Below, piece after piece: positions 1 to 11,600 of a stretch of 64,000 nt of DNA. The notes beneath the pieces were generated by a model. That model searched no databases, was not told the origin of the DNA, and saw only the letters and a list, made by a program, of their open reading frames with translations. This DNA is from Magallana gigas (taxonomy: Eukaryota). The position numbers were made by a program, and so were the translations under genes. How positions within the stretch are numbered: the stretch's first letter is position 1; the number at the start of each line of letters is the position of its first letter. The DNA is taken from NCBI RefSeq assembly GCF_963853765.1, contig NC_088858.1:6076001-6140000 (forward strand), given 5' to 3'.

Positions 1-1351
1 GGGCGATACAGCCAATAAAATCTGAAACATAACATTCGTCAACTTGATTAATTTACATCGTGAAAATGCATTTAATCATAACTTAAAAAGTGGATGTATA
101 ATTATTGTAAACAAAAGCAACTTCATATTACCAGAGACATAATACTAAAGCAAATTAATTACAATATAATGCAGTAATTGCGAAAAATGTCAAGTCTGTG
201 ATCACTTACAATCTTGTATGATTGGCTCTGTGTTGATCTGAGCCATTTTATGCCTTGTGTACGTTGATATCAAAATACTGCGTTCTCGGTCGTCAGCTGG
301 AAGTGTGAAGAATGGTTTCGTAGTTGGCGGGAGATGTAGCGCGCCTGTTACGGACAAAATATATTTCCTAATAATGTAACATTTTTAAAATTCTTATTTA
401 TTTTTATGAAATGATATAATACTATATTGTGGTTGTTTTAAATTATTATTATTTTCTAAAATTAATATTTATTCACATTGATTTTAAATTTTAAAAATCG
501 GATAAAAACGAACTTGGTCAAAGCGCGACTACTCTTGCACATTCTTTTTATTAGCATTTTAACTCTTGTATGAGTGGGGTTTTTTTTTTATTCAAATTGT
601 TGTTATGTTTAAACTCTCATACTTTATATAGGCTAAAAATCAGTAAAATAAATATAAAATTATTAAAATAAACAATATAAAGATTTCCTTTCCTAAAATT
701 GTTCAACATATTTTTGGGGCAAATATTGTAAAATTTAACAACTCTAAGCCGGTGAAAGTTTTTATAAAAATGTATTTATATCAATATCAAAATCGACGGT
801 GTCCCATTCCACATTAAGCCACCCATCACTTATTAAATAATTAAGAAAAGAATAAATTCATTGGTTGGGTCTTGATCATGTTGATAGTTGGGAAATCTGA
901 CAGTGTTTGATCCTCGTCAACCAATTTACTTTTAATAATGCCGGAACATTTTAATTAATTAATTAAAAAGGAGATATAATCGGACTAACTGATACCTTAA
1001 ATGTTTTTATGGTCGTTGTTAATTTTGATTTTTTTATTGATAAAAGTATACACGATATTTAACAGTGCGTCTAGACATGTAAAGTCTCTGTCTGTAGTAG
1101 GAATTACTCTTCTTCTTTTTAGATTCACAGAGAATATCTTATGAACGCAGTCAGTGCTGTCAGTTGTTGTGTTGTCAAACTGTGCCTTCACTCATCGAAA
1201 GAGAAACACGTGTTTAGCATCCTATATGAATCAAAGATTATATATAATCATTCACTATATCATACACTATAGTAATTAAGACTCCACATATTTTACTTTT
1301 GAAATAGACCTGTTTAAAATATTGAAAGTATAATTATCAAAAACAAATATA

Positions 1352-1649
1352 GTAAGGATCAGCATTTTCTTGGTCGACATTTAAAATATGGAAAGGGAAA
1401 AAAACATCTGTAGTAACGTTGGGACAGCGTTTCCTTTCTAACTGAACCGTAACCGGAAACTTTGCCGGAAAAAAAACTGACAAAGGAAATACACGTGTAC
1501 CTTAGTATTGTACTAACTTTTTTATTCAGCCTTAAAACATAAGATAAATCAAAGAAGCGTTTACACGGTAAATTGGTTACTTATGATTCACTTTATTATC
1601 ACCAAAATTTTAAAAAGTTCGCAAAAAAGTTCTACTTGTCTTTTTTCAG
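1352..1649 (+). promoter_or_regulatory. Spliced 5' leader signals of the orphan gene
   Basis: Branch point TACTAAC at 1511-1517, then poly-T and CAG (1527-1529). Donor acg|GTAAAT at 1568 and acceptor cttgtcttttttCAG ending 1649 give an 82-nt intron and a 38-nt mini-exon (1530-1567). Possible upstream donor GTAAGG at 1352; two CCGGAA ETS-like motifs near 1453-1470. Confidence 0.55.
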
Positions 1650-1679
1650 TCCCTGTGTGTAAGCTCTGTGGTCGACAGA

Positions 1680-3443
1680 ATGAGTTCCAGTTTACAGATT
1701 CTCTGTCCTTTTTGTCTGAAAGAGAAGCTATTCCGCCGACCGAAAGATCTACGGGACCATGCCTTACAGGAACATAAACGCGAAATCGACAGGCTGGGCT
1801 CCCTCAAACACGACCTGTTTACAGAGTCCAATGGATTCTGGTTTTCATTGGTTCCTCGAGAATATCGACAACACGTTGAACCCACGGACCCGAAAAGTGC
1901 GTGTGCAAGTGCAGCGCGAGATTTGATTCGAAACTGGCTTGGTAGATCCAGGGAAACCTCTCGCTCCATTTTGGATTGGGAACGAGGCTGGAAACTGGCA
2001 GAGGAAATGAAGACAAAGGCTCCAGGGAAGAGGAATTTAGAAAGGTCTCTCCTTATGGAAACAGAGGATGCATCGGGACACATTGAAGACACCGAACCTT
2101 GTACCAAAACTAATAAGTCGGACACGTACTCTCCGCGGAGACCCGCCATTACCCAGGAGCAGTTCGTGATCCACTCCATACAAGACACCGTGGAGGGCAT
2201 AGCTGTGCTCCTGTACACACAGAGTCAATGTCAGATCTGGTATCGGTGTATTTTAGCCAAAGAAATCACATCAGACCCCAAGGCCTATGTAAGCATTGTT
2301 CAGAAAAAAGCTGCTTTGAAGCCGAATTACACAGACCCTCCAACCAGTATGAAAGAGGTGGGTGCCAAGCACTTGAGGACAAGAGACACCATAGCCAACA
2401 CTCTGGGGATCCCTGCAAGATTAGTGACAAAGCTCACCTACGGCATTAAATTGTATCACCAACCAACGACCAAACAAAATAGAACCTACCCTCCTACAAA
2501 ACCCAAACCTGTTCATGATCCCCTGGAAGAGGACGACCCTACAGTTCCCGACTCTCAGTTCCAGGTACATTCCCCGGCCACCATGAGCTCACGCTCCCAA
2601 ACGTCGCTCACCGAGTACCCGGCCCTAGGCTTGCTTGGCGGAGAAGAAATCGTTCTTTCGGATTTAGAAGAAGATCACGAGGGAAACAATGTGGACCATC
2701 AGAGAGATTACAAAGAAGGCAATGACATAAAAACTGAATTAAGTCCGGAAACAACCAACCCAGACTTTCTTTCCGGTCTCGGAGCTTCTGGAATCTCCGG
2801 GTGCTTCCACATAGGAGATGAAAAGACTGTTTCAGAAGTTGTTGTACACTCTACAAATAAACATCCCCATCATTCATCTGCGATATTTGAGAGCAGTGAC
2901 TGTGAAGTAATTGTGCTGGACACCTCCCACCCATCGACCGATTCCCGGAAAAAAGCTTTCCGACTTCTGAGCACCGGGGTTATGCCAGTCATCCCGCCGG
3001 CGAAGCGGGAATGGACCAACGTGCGTCCATTGGTACTTCTTAGTGAACCGCAGCCATTATATTGGCCCCCGAAGGATTGGGAGAGTCTCAGTCCGGACGC
3101 TCGTCTATTCGCGTGGGAAATGGCGGCATTTAGACTCCATACCTCCGGTAGACAGCCTAAATCGCTGGACTGGGACCGAGTCACCGTTTTGACCATCTTT
3201 AACATGTTAGCACTACCAGGAACGGCTTTCCTGTCGGTGGAGGAGCTTCGGAGGGACGAGTTAAACATGAGGCAGTACAATTACAGCATGATGAAGAAAA
3301 TCGTTCTCAACGGGACCAACTCTGATACGGACCGGAAGTTCCTGCGGATGATGGAGCACGCTTCCGTCCACCGGGATAAGTCCACGGACTGGCTCACCGA
3401 CCTCCTTGACAGCCACAATGTCAGACTCAGACTTACAAAATAA
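1680..3443 (+). CDS. Uncharacterised 587-aa protein, uninterrupted CDS, N-terminal C2H2-like zinc finger
   Basis: Open frame from ATG 1680 (MSSSLQ, 30 nt after the splice acceptor) to TAA 3443. CPFC-x15-H-x3-H motif. GC content is about half by eye versus under a third in the flanks. Acidic/Ser/Pro low-complexity middle and a Trp/Pro-rich C-terminal region (WPPKDWESL...FNMLALPG). No family recognised. Confidence 0.8.
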   Translation: MSSSLQILCPFCLKEKLFRRPKDLRDHALQEHKREIDRLGSLKHDLFTESNGFWFSLVPREYRQHVEPTDPKSACASAARDLIRNWLGRSRETSRSILDWERGWKLAEEMKTKAPGKRNLERSLLMETEDASGHIEDTEPCTKTNKSDTYSPRRPAITQEQFVIHSIQDTVEGIAVLLYTQSQCQIWYRCILAKEITSDPKAYVSIVQKKAALKPNYTDPPTSMKEVGAKHLRTRDTIANTLGIPARLVTKLTYGIKLYHQPTTKQNRTYPPTKPKPVHDPLEEDDPTVPDSQFQVHSPATMSSRSQTSLTEYPALGLLGGEEIVLSDLEEDHEGNNVDHQRDYKEGNDIKTELSPETTNPDFLSGLGASGISGCFHIGDEKTVSEVVVHSTNKHPHHSSAIFESSDCEVIVLDTSHPSTDSRKKAFRLLSTGVMPVIPPAKREWTNVRPLVLLSEPQPLYWPPKDWESLSPDARLFAWEMAAFRLHTSGRQPKSLDWDRVTVLTIFNMLALPGTAFLSVEELRRDELNMRQYNYSMMKKIVLNGTNSDTDRKFLRMMEHASVHRDKSTDWLTDLLDSHNVRLRLTK

Positions 3444-3903
3444 CTGACTCAAGACAACAGTAGATATTAATTTCCCCAACCGAAAACTATTCACAACAGG
3501 CTCTGTATTTTTCTTTGAACATAATTTTATTGATTTTTTAAATTCTGTTTCATTTATTTGATCTTCGAATTCATGCATTCATTATTTACTTTCTCACTGA
3601 TAATTCACTGTCCCATAATGTATGTTTACCAACAAATTTATGTTTAACTGTGTAAATTTGTATGTAACATTTGTTTGGTTGGATTTTAAATTTGTCATAT
3701 TTCCTAAACGAATCTTGAAATATTTTTGTGTGTATAATGATGATTGAAGTCGATATAGATGATCGCCAAGTTCTTCAGAAGATGACGAATGATTATTTAG
3801 TAAATATTACATTATATAGTAACGAAATGTATAGGCAAATATTGTGTTAAAAAGCGATCAATAATTTTCACTTAAGATCACCTGCTTTCAAAATGATATT
3901 TCT

Positions 3904-3975
3904 TCATCTTCCCAAGTCAAGGGTTTCTGATTCGCACCGCTTCTTTCGTGAGAAACCCTTGGCTTGGGAAGATGA
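3904..3975. repeat. Palindromic hairpin, Crypton-like non-autonomous type
   Basis: Arms tcatcttcccaagtcaagggtttct / agaaacccttggcttgggaagatga, one mismatch. Confidence 0.75.
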
Positions 3976-4005
3976 TATTTCTTAGGGAATGTGTTTGTAA
4001 ATAAT

Positions 4006-4142
4006 CCTGTGCGGATCCAATTGTGCAAGAGGGGGAGGGGAGATTTTACAATATGAATTTAACAAATATAATTTTGGGGGGTTGAGGGGGTCCGTACCCC
4101 CCCCCCCCCTCCCGCCCCTTCCCTCCTCTAGATCTGCACATG
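4006..4142. mobile_element. Short G/C-tract MITE with gcggatc...gatctgc ends
   Basis: Imperfect inverted ends cctgtgcggatc / gatctgcacatg around poly-G and poly-C tracts; a related end lies at about 42150-42165. Confidence 0.5.
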
Positions 4143-4184
4143 ATCTATGATATTCAAAGATTGTTTTCAACAAGAGGAATATGT

Positions 4185-4831
4185 TTAAGGTGGTATAACA
4201 CAACTCTATACATGTATTCTGACGAAATTCCTATCTGAATAAACAAGAAATCAAGCATATTATTTAATATTTTTCTTTCGCCAACAAACAGCGTATAGCG
4301 CAATGGGTTAGAGGGTAAACTAAGAATCTGTAAATCATGAGTTCGAATCCCACTGTCTCATCTTCGCTAGTCAAGGATGTTCGATCTACAGTGGACCAAA
4401 ACCTCTTGGCTAGCGAAGATGCTTGTTTTTGGCTAGCGAAGTTGCGCTGTTTTTGGTTAGCGAAGATGCGCTGTTTTTGGCTAGCGAAGATGCGCTGTTT
4501 TACCTTTTTAAGGTGGTGTGGGACGCTCTCATGTTGTGACGGATTGTTTATCGAAATAAACAATAAATTGAAGTGTCATTATATAAGTAGTTTCTTTCCC
4601 AATATTGTCACCTAAAAGTGTAGCGAAGTGGGTTAGAGGGTTTACTGCGAATCTGTAAGTCATGAGTTCGAAACCCGTTAGGGTTTGACAATTTTTACCT
4701 CTCCAAATATTTTTAATAGCTATATTTGGTTAAATTTTGTAAAATTAGAAAATTCTAAACCTGTGAAAGTATTTCAATTATAATGTACTATAATCTACAT
4801 TAATATTGACAGATGTCCCATGCTACCTTAA
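4185..4831. mobile_element. Tandem TTAA-flanked Kolobok-like non-autonomous elements, each with a tRNA-derived core
   Basis: TTAA-ggtggt starts at 4185 and 4508. The second element (4512-4827) has TIRs ggtggtgtgggac / gtcccatgctacc and TTAA on both sides. A-box/B-box cores at 4291-4352 and 4621-4676. Confidence 0.6.
4359..4500. repeat. 63-bp hairpin mini-element plus four tandem 24-bp copies of its right end
   Basis: catcttcgctagtcaag ... cttggctagcgaagatg (4359-4421); the unit ggctagcgaagatgcgctgttttt repeats from 4408 to about 4500. Confidence 0.8.
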
Positions 4832-5632
4832 GGTGCCCGACTTTAGTTTTCATTGCTCATTTTTTGCGCGATCTTGTAAAATGAAGTGTATTTTTACCTT
4901 TTAAAAAAATTTTCGGTACTATTTATGAAAATGAACACAGTAAAAAAAAAAATACAGATAAATTATTTAGAAGGTTTTATTTTTTGTAGGAGTACGTTAT
5001 AAGAAATATAACATTCCAGAATAAGTAAAAAGTTTACGCTTTGGAACTGTTACCTTACACACGGATTTATGCAATCCTCAGGGTTATTATTCTCATTTTT
5101 TTAATGAATCATTGAACCAATCTTCAGTAGAATACTCCAAATATAGCAACATTTCATGCATTTTGATATTTTGAGATGACCCCCATTAAAAAACCAGATG
5201 TAGAAGTTTAAAGGGTTTTTCTTTTTTAATCCAAGGTAGAAAATAATTATTCATGAATCAAATATTACAATTTGGGGGAAATCGCTATCGTACGTAGTAT
5301 TTTTTTTAAATCTGTTTCGAAAAGTGGAAAATGACAATTGTCTATATTTTCCTGTAGTAAATATAACTGTATTTTGAGATGGCCTTTAAAAGAACCAAAT
5401 TGGAGATTTTCTTAAAACTATACAGTAGAGTTGATGTATTTTACATATGATTTAAAGATATAGAGTTTTGCTACAACAGTTTTTACGCAATAAAATTCCA
5501 ATTATATCCGATCCATACTTTTTAAAAGAATTTAGATTGTTACTGCGGCACTGATAGTTGTAAATCGTCAATAGTGGGAGTACGTCTCTAAAGAATAAAT
5601 TTGACAGGTTGAAGTTTACAAAATACACCAAA

Positions 5633-8600
5633 ATGTCGTGGGAAGGATTTAAAAAGCAGTTTAATAAAGCAAACCAGGTACTCTTTACTGATTTCCATCT
5701 CTTTTAAACTCATGATAGTACTTAGATTTGTATTCCATCTGCTTTTTTGAACCGGTCAGTGATATTGCAAAATATGAAACTAAACATTGTTTTGAATAAT
5801 ATGACTGGTTTATTGAAATAAGTATATTCTTAAAAACAACATGCTGGTAAATTATTTCATTGCACATATATTTTGTAATTTTTATGCAGTATTTGTAAGT
5901 AGTTGTTTAGTTGAATTTTTCTTTGTTGAGGTATTTCGGAGACTGAATGTTAATCCTTATTTCAGAGAAATTTTAATGGACATTTAGTAACTGTCCTTTG
6001 AAATACCTCAAAAGATTTAAGTCTTTCGTGATATGTCTAACAGAAAAAATATAGGCACCTTTATAATTGTTCATACCTTCTTTTTCATATTGAACATTTG
6101 TGTAATGACACTATATATGTAAGTTGAAAAACAAAATGCAAGTTTCATTATTCACTTTGAAGCCCATTGCTGTTTTCTACCAGGGACGTATATACGTCCC
6201 TGATTATACAAATATTGTTACCCAAAGCAAAATCTAAAATATCTGACATTTTCTTAGCTTTTCTCACGATGTTGATACTTTACATGCCAGGAAAACTATC
6301 AGAAGTGGTGCAATTATCAAAACTGGTTACAGTATTTGCCGCCTCCAACTGAAGGTGGCATTTACGGCTTGATTTTAAATCTTTGCAATTTGAATGTTTT
6401 ACTTCCAACTAATTAATAAAACGATGGTTCTACTTATCACTATTATCACTTTTATCAAATTATGGGTTCATACATCCCATAAAAAGACTGTTAAACACAT
6501 TCTATCGAACTGTTCTGATTTGTTTTGATTTCTTGTATTTTTAAAATCTCTTGAAAAAATAGGCCTACAACACTATTGTTTATTAGTGTGATTAACAAAA
6601 TGTGCAGTAAAATTAAATTTCAAGCTTTATCAGTGAGTTTACTATATTTATTCAAATTGTGCCAAGAATGTTGCTTTCAATTGGAGGTGGTGAATTTCCA
6701 GTTTGGTGACAGTTTTGACGTTTTCCTGGAATGTAAAATATCAAATCATTATAAAAAAGCCAGATATTTTGGACTACCTAAGCGTTAAAGGCATATATAG
6801 CATGTCAGTGCTATTAATAAGGATATGAATTTGCAGATGATATACAATTACACATGTTTTATATAAAATGGAATCGAACTTTTTACTGGGTGTAAACTCC
6901 AGAAATTGTACAGTGCCATAATTACTTATGGCATCTGTACGGTTCTTGTTATTTCTGTTGTATTTGAATTAGACATGCCATTTTAAACACAACTGTCTCT
7001 ATTTGGAGGAAAAAACAGCAAATATTTTACAATAGAATTCTAGGCAGAGTTATTCAATGGAGAAGCATTTTTGCATTTACTAGGCTGTGAAAATGTCTAA
7101 TTATGTGTTATTTATTTCCCCTTTACTTTGTTTAATGAATCAAAAGCATATATAATATTTTATAATATCAGGAAGAGAAAGTAATTCTGTTGGGTTCATG
7201 AAAAGCACTTGAAATATTTTGTATAAAGAGATGAAATCTTACACTGATATTTTATCAAGGAAACTTAAATTTATAATGTGCTGTTTTGTTTGAAACAGTA
7301 TGATGAATACGTTGTAATGTCACTGTTTACAAGTAAAGACGATTTTACAATTGTATTTTTTTGGATGAAAATGTATTGGTCTATTGGATTAGAAATTGCA
7401 TTAGCTCCAAAATATGACTTTCATTATGAAATTCAAATTTGATGTTGTAAAATTTTTGTCAGGATTATTCATGTCATTGCTGAATTCCACTCTAAACATC
7501 AGAAAATGTTTCTGGAATTTATGTAGATAATATCTCTGTAAGTTTTCCTAATGCTTTTTAGAGTAGTGAAAAAAACCCAGATTTATATTTATCATTAATG
7601 TATGAACAGTACTAACAAATAGACAGACTAAGACATCTTTAGAAAATGTTTGTTTTACCCTATTTTAGTATATGAGTGAAAAAATTGGTGGAGCTAAAGG
7701 AACAGAACTGGATGAAGAGTTTGTGGAGATGGAACGGGTCAGTTGTTTTACTGGTCTCTCAGCTTATATCCTAACTTATACTATGTTATACTACTTATTT
7801 ACCACCAAAGTTTTAAAGATTTGATATAATTAATTAGAAGCAAACTCATGTGAAATAAACACATCTGTATTCTAAAGATGATATATCTGATTATATTTGG
7901 GTTTCAAATAGTTTTTGTTTTACTCAAATTTAGAAAATTGATGTGATGGGAAAGTTGATAGATGACTTAATTGGCAAAACACAAGAGTTTCTTCAACCAA
8001 ATCCAGGTATGTTACAGCTGAAGTTACACATTTACTCAAAATCATCAGTATGACATATCCACAAGTTTGTGTGGATTACATTTACCTGGTACTTTCTTAC
8101 AAATTGATGAAATTTTATTGAAAAAAAAAAATGTTGTTGAAACTTCAGCTTCCAGAACCAAAATGATGGTTGTGAATAACTTCTCCAAAGTGCGAGGGAC
8201 CACCAAAAATGTTTCCTATCCCCAGCCTGAAGGCACCCTGGGGGAACACATGATTAAACACGGCAAGGACTTGGGCGAGGAAATGATGTTTGGTGAGTGG
8301 CTCTCAGTTTTATTTGGTTGGATGCCTCCTTTTGGTTATGATGAACTTCAAGATATGTCAACAATCTTAATTTATGTAAAAAGAGAAAAATACCTGGCAG
8401 TGATTTGATCAGTGAGTTCAAGACCCATCTGTCTCATTGCTGTAGTTGAGTTATCATGGTTATGACAATTTTTAGTGTTTACCTACACTCTGCTAGTTTG
8501 TCAGGTTTTGTAGCTCCTTCTTTTTACTAAAATAAAGGCAGAAATACTAAACAGAGTGATTTCTGAAATCAGTTCATGTTTTTGATCATGATGTACTTGT

Positions 8601-11600
8601 ATTAACATGCAGAATGATTACAAAATTTTATATCCTTGAATGTATAAGTCTCTGGTACATAATAAGCATATTTTATGTTGTGAAAATCAATGCTGTGTAA
8701 ACCCCTTTGGACTATAAAATCAGATGCTATTGCACTGTAAAATCGGATGGTATTTTGATATGCAAACACAATCATGTTAAGACATGGACTTCATTGTTAG
8801 ATCATCAGATTGCAGGTGAAATCTAGGTATTTAGTGATTGTGGTTGTTACATTGTGATATAAATGTTGACCGTCTGTAGGATTATCTCAGGTAATGCTAC
8901 ACCTTTGTCCTATTCAGCTCTCTTCATGTGGAAATTTTCCATAGTCTTTCACTTCTGTACAAAAAATCCAATGATAAGACTGGAAAATCTACCATACTTA
9001 AACTTGTTTAGAGACAATGAATGTACTTTATACAGGAATTTAAAAAATTGAACCCTGGGGCTTATCTCCTACAATTAAAGCAAAATAGATTTGTGGCTGG
9101 TCTATTTGTCACTGTAAAGTAAACATGTAGATTGTTGTACTGATTTGTAACATCAGATTATCACAACCAAGGTTGCTTGACTTACTGTAGTTGGGTAGGG
9201 AGGCATGGGTCGGTGGTTGGTGATGGTAGTTGGAAGTAAAATACACAACTTAAATACATGGGGTTTTTTTACTAAGAACTAATCACCATTTCTGGTTCAT
9301 GTGCCATCTTCTTGTTAAAACAAGAGTGTTGTTTATACAGGACATTTGATTTCCCTATCCATTGAGTTTTGTTTTGAAGTTGAAAAAATGTGAAAGTGAT
9401 TCTTTATCACAGATTTTTTTTTTATTTACTGTATGTTTTGATAGCTTCTTCATTAGTAAGGATTAAAAGCTTTACGTAACATTGCACAAGGAGACTAAGC
9501 CAAACGGTAAATAAAAAACAAGTGTTTGTCTGACAAATGATTTATGACTTTCATTACATTGTCTTCTCACAGAACTTGTGCTGGGAATAATTCTGGCTCA
9601 CTGATAAAGCAGGATCATAAAGAAGGTCATCTCATACATGTACTGCGCTCTTATCAGAAGGATCGGTTTTAAGCATGTAAAGACACCGTTGTACTATTAT
9701 TCATGCATATATATTGCAGTATTTTGTTGATTTTATTAAAAATAAAGTGAATGTAAAGGGAAGTATTTAATAGATACAACAGATGTAGGTATAAAATACA
9801 GGCATTAATTAGGATAGCACAATTCCTGATAAGTTTCAAATTAAGCAGTCATTTCCCAGACTCTTGCTATAGTTAGATGTACTTCCTGTACTGGTTTGCC
9901 ACATGTTTGACAATTATTTCAGTGCGGCTCTCTGACTGAATAACACAAGTAATAGGATTGATCTGTGTGGTGGTGATATATTAATCAACACTACCTCATC
10001 CATTTTGTGTGTTTTCGGAGTCTATGGTATTTTTTTAACATGCTTTTATATAGACACCAACAATCCACAGTTATTGAATTATCCTTGATGTCCCATGTGT
10101 CTGTAGTTTGTGGGTTCTGTCGGTAGTTTTCATTGATTTCTGGTTTTGGGGCAGGAGACCTGTTTGTCATTGTTAATAGTGTTGGAGTGAGTAGGTTTGC
10201 ACAGTTCTCCGTGTACTAGTAACCGTCTCCTTTCTCTGTATAACCACCTCCTTTATAAATACGTTCAAGTAGTGGAGACTTCCTGCCAAGTGTCTTTAAT
10301 CAACCATTGGAAGATCAGAGTGGCCCTAATTATCCAGGTCCTCAATACACACTTATAAAACATAACACTGATATGAAACACTCTCATATTTACATAGGCT
10401 CTGTATTAATATCAAGTACTGTTAAAAAAAGTGAGCTATTATGTGAAGAGGTTATTTTTCATAGTCCTTCATGATAATGACCAGATTTTCAGTTTGATTA
10501 TGACCATGGAGTACTGGTAGTTTTGATGAATTATACTGAATAGGTTCAAGAATTTGACTATTGTCAAGTGGGAGATTTAAATGTCTAAAATCTGAAGATG
10601 CAGTTTTATGCAGCTACTTATAAAGATCCATTTCTGTGTCAATGATTCAGTAGTAAATAAGTACACTTGTATAATTTCTTTGTTCTTTAATCAAAAGCAA
10701 ATGAAAGACTATCATGAAAGGATCTTTCCTTTTCATCAGATATAAAGCAGTCCATATGGTGATTGTGTCTGTGCCTTTTGGTAGGTTCATGTCTTCTCAA
10801 GGAGTAGGTGTGTAATGGTACAGCTGGAGCGTGTCATGTTATTAGTGGCGTAGACATGTAGTGGCTGGGTACTGGATGGTACCTGGTCAGTAAAATTCTT
10901 GCCCCTGTGAGGTGAAGCTAATGATGTGTAATATCATCCTGTTCCTATTCACTGCATAATGAAAAAAAATTTATGTACCCTTAATGAATTGGGTTAATAG
11001 AGATAAAAATTGATACACTTAAAAAATACTTTATTCAAGTAGTTTGGCATAAAGTTTATGTTTACCAGGTATTACCGGGTAGGTATCTATCCTGTTTTCA
11101 TGTGAATGTCATTGTCATGTATTGGTTAATTGCTGTATACTGATATATCATTACACCATATGATGCATGCATTACAGGACAAATAATACATCAAATTCAA
11201 GGTCATTAGGTCAAAAAAGACCCGACCAGAACTGTTTACTAATTGTTTCTAGAACATGCCGATTATCACATTTTGAAGTCAAGTTTAGTTTTGAAGCTAT
11301 TCAGAGTTGTATACTAGATATTAACTATGCTGTTGTGACTGTGTGTGGGTGCTGTCATTGACTTTGTGTGTGCTGTCAATGACTGTGCATTCTGTGAATG
11401 ATTGTGTGCTAAGCAGCTTGCTGTAAATGACTGTGTGCTGTCATCGATTGTGTGCATGATGTTGTAAATGACTTTGTGCTGTCGTTGACTGTGTGCTTTC
11501 ATTGACTATGTGCTTGCTGTAAATGACTGTGTGCTGTCATTGACTTTGTGTGTGTGCTGTAAATGACTGTGTGCTGTCATTGATTGTGTGCATGCTGTAA

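Noticed and set aside
997-1191. 64-aa minus-strand ORF that looks coding-like
   Set aside because: Starts at GTG directly after a stop, has no recognisable motif, and no consistent splice frame could be built; kept only as context for the orphan locus.
1646-3280. Antisense ORFs 1646-2218 and 2870-3280
   Set aside because: Shadows of the GC-rich plus-strand ORF.
4264-4615. ORFs with CFWLAK / QKQRIFA repeats, and a CRISPR-like look of the 24-bp repeats
   Set aside because: Translation of a tandemly amplified MITE end; no unique spacers and the context is eukaryotic.
4291-4676. Possible functional tRNA genes
   Set aside because: Acceptor and anticodon stems do not pair and anticodons differ between copies; TE-embedded relics.
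6170-6205. cagggacgtatatacgtccctg palindrome
   Set aside because: 22-bp isolated TE-end-like remnant with no partner end found.
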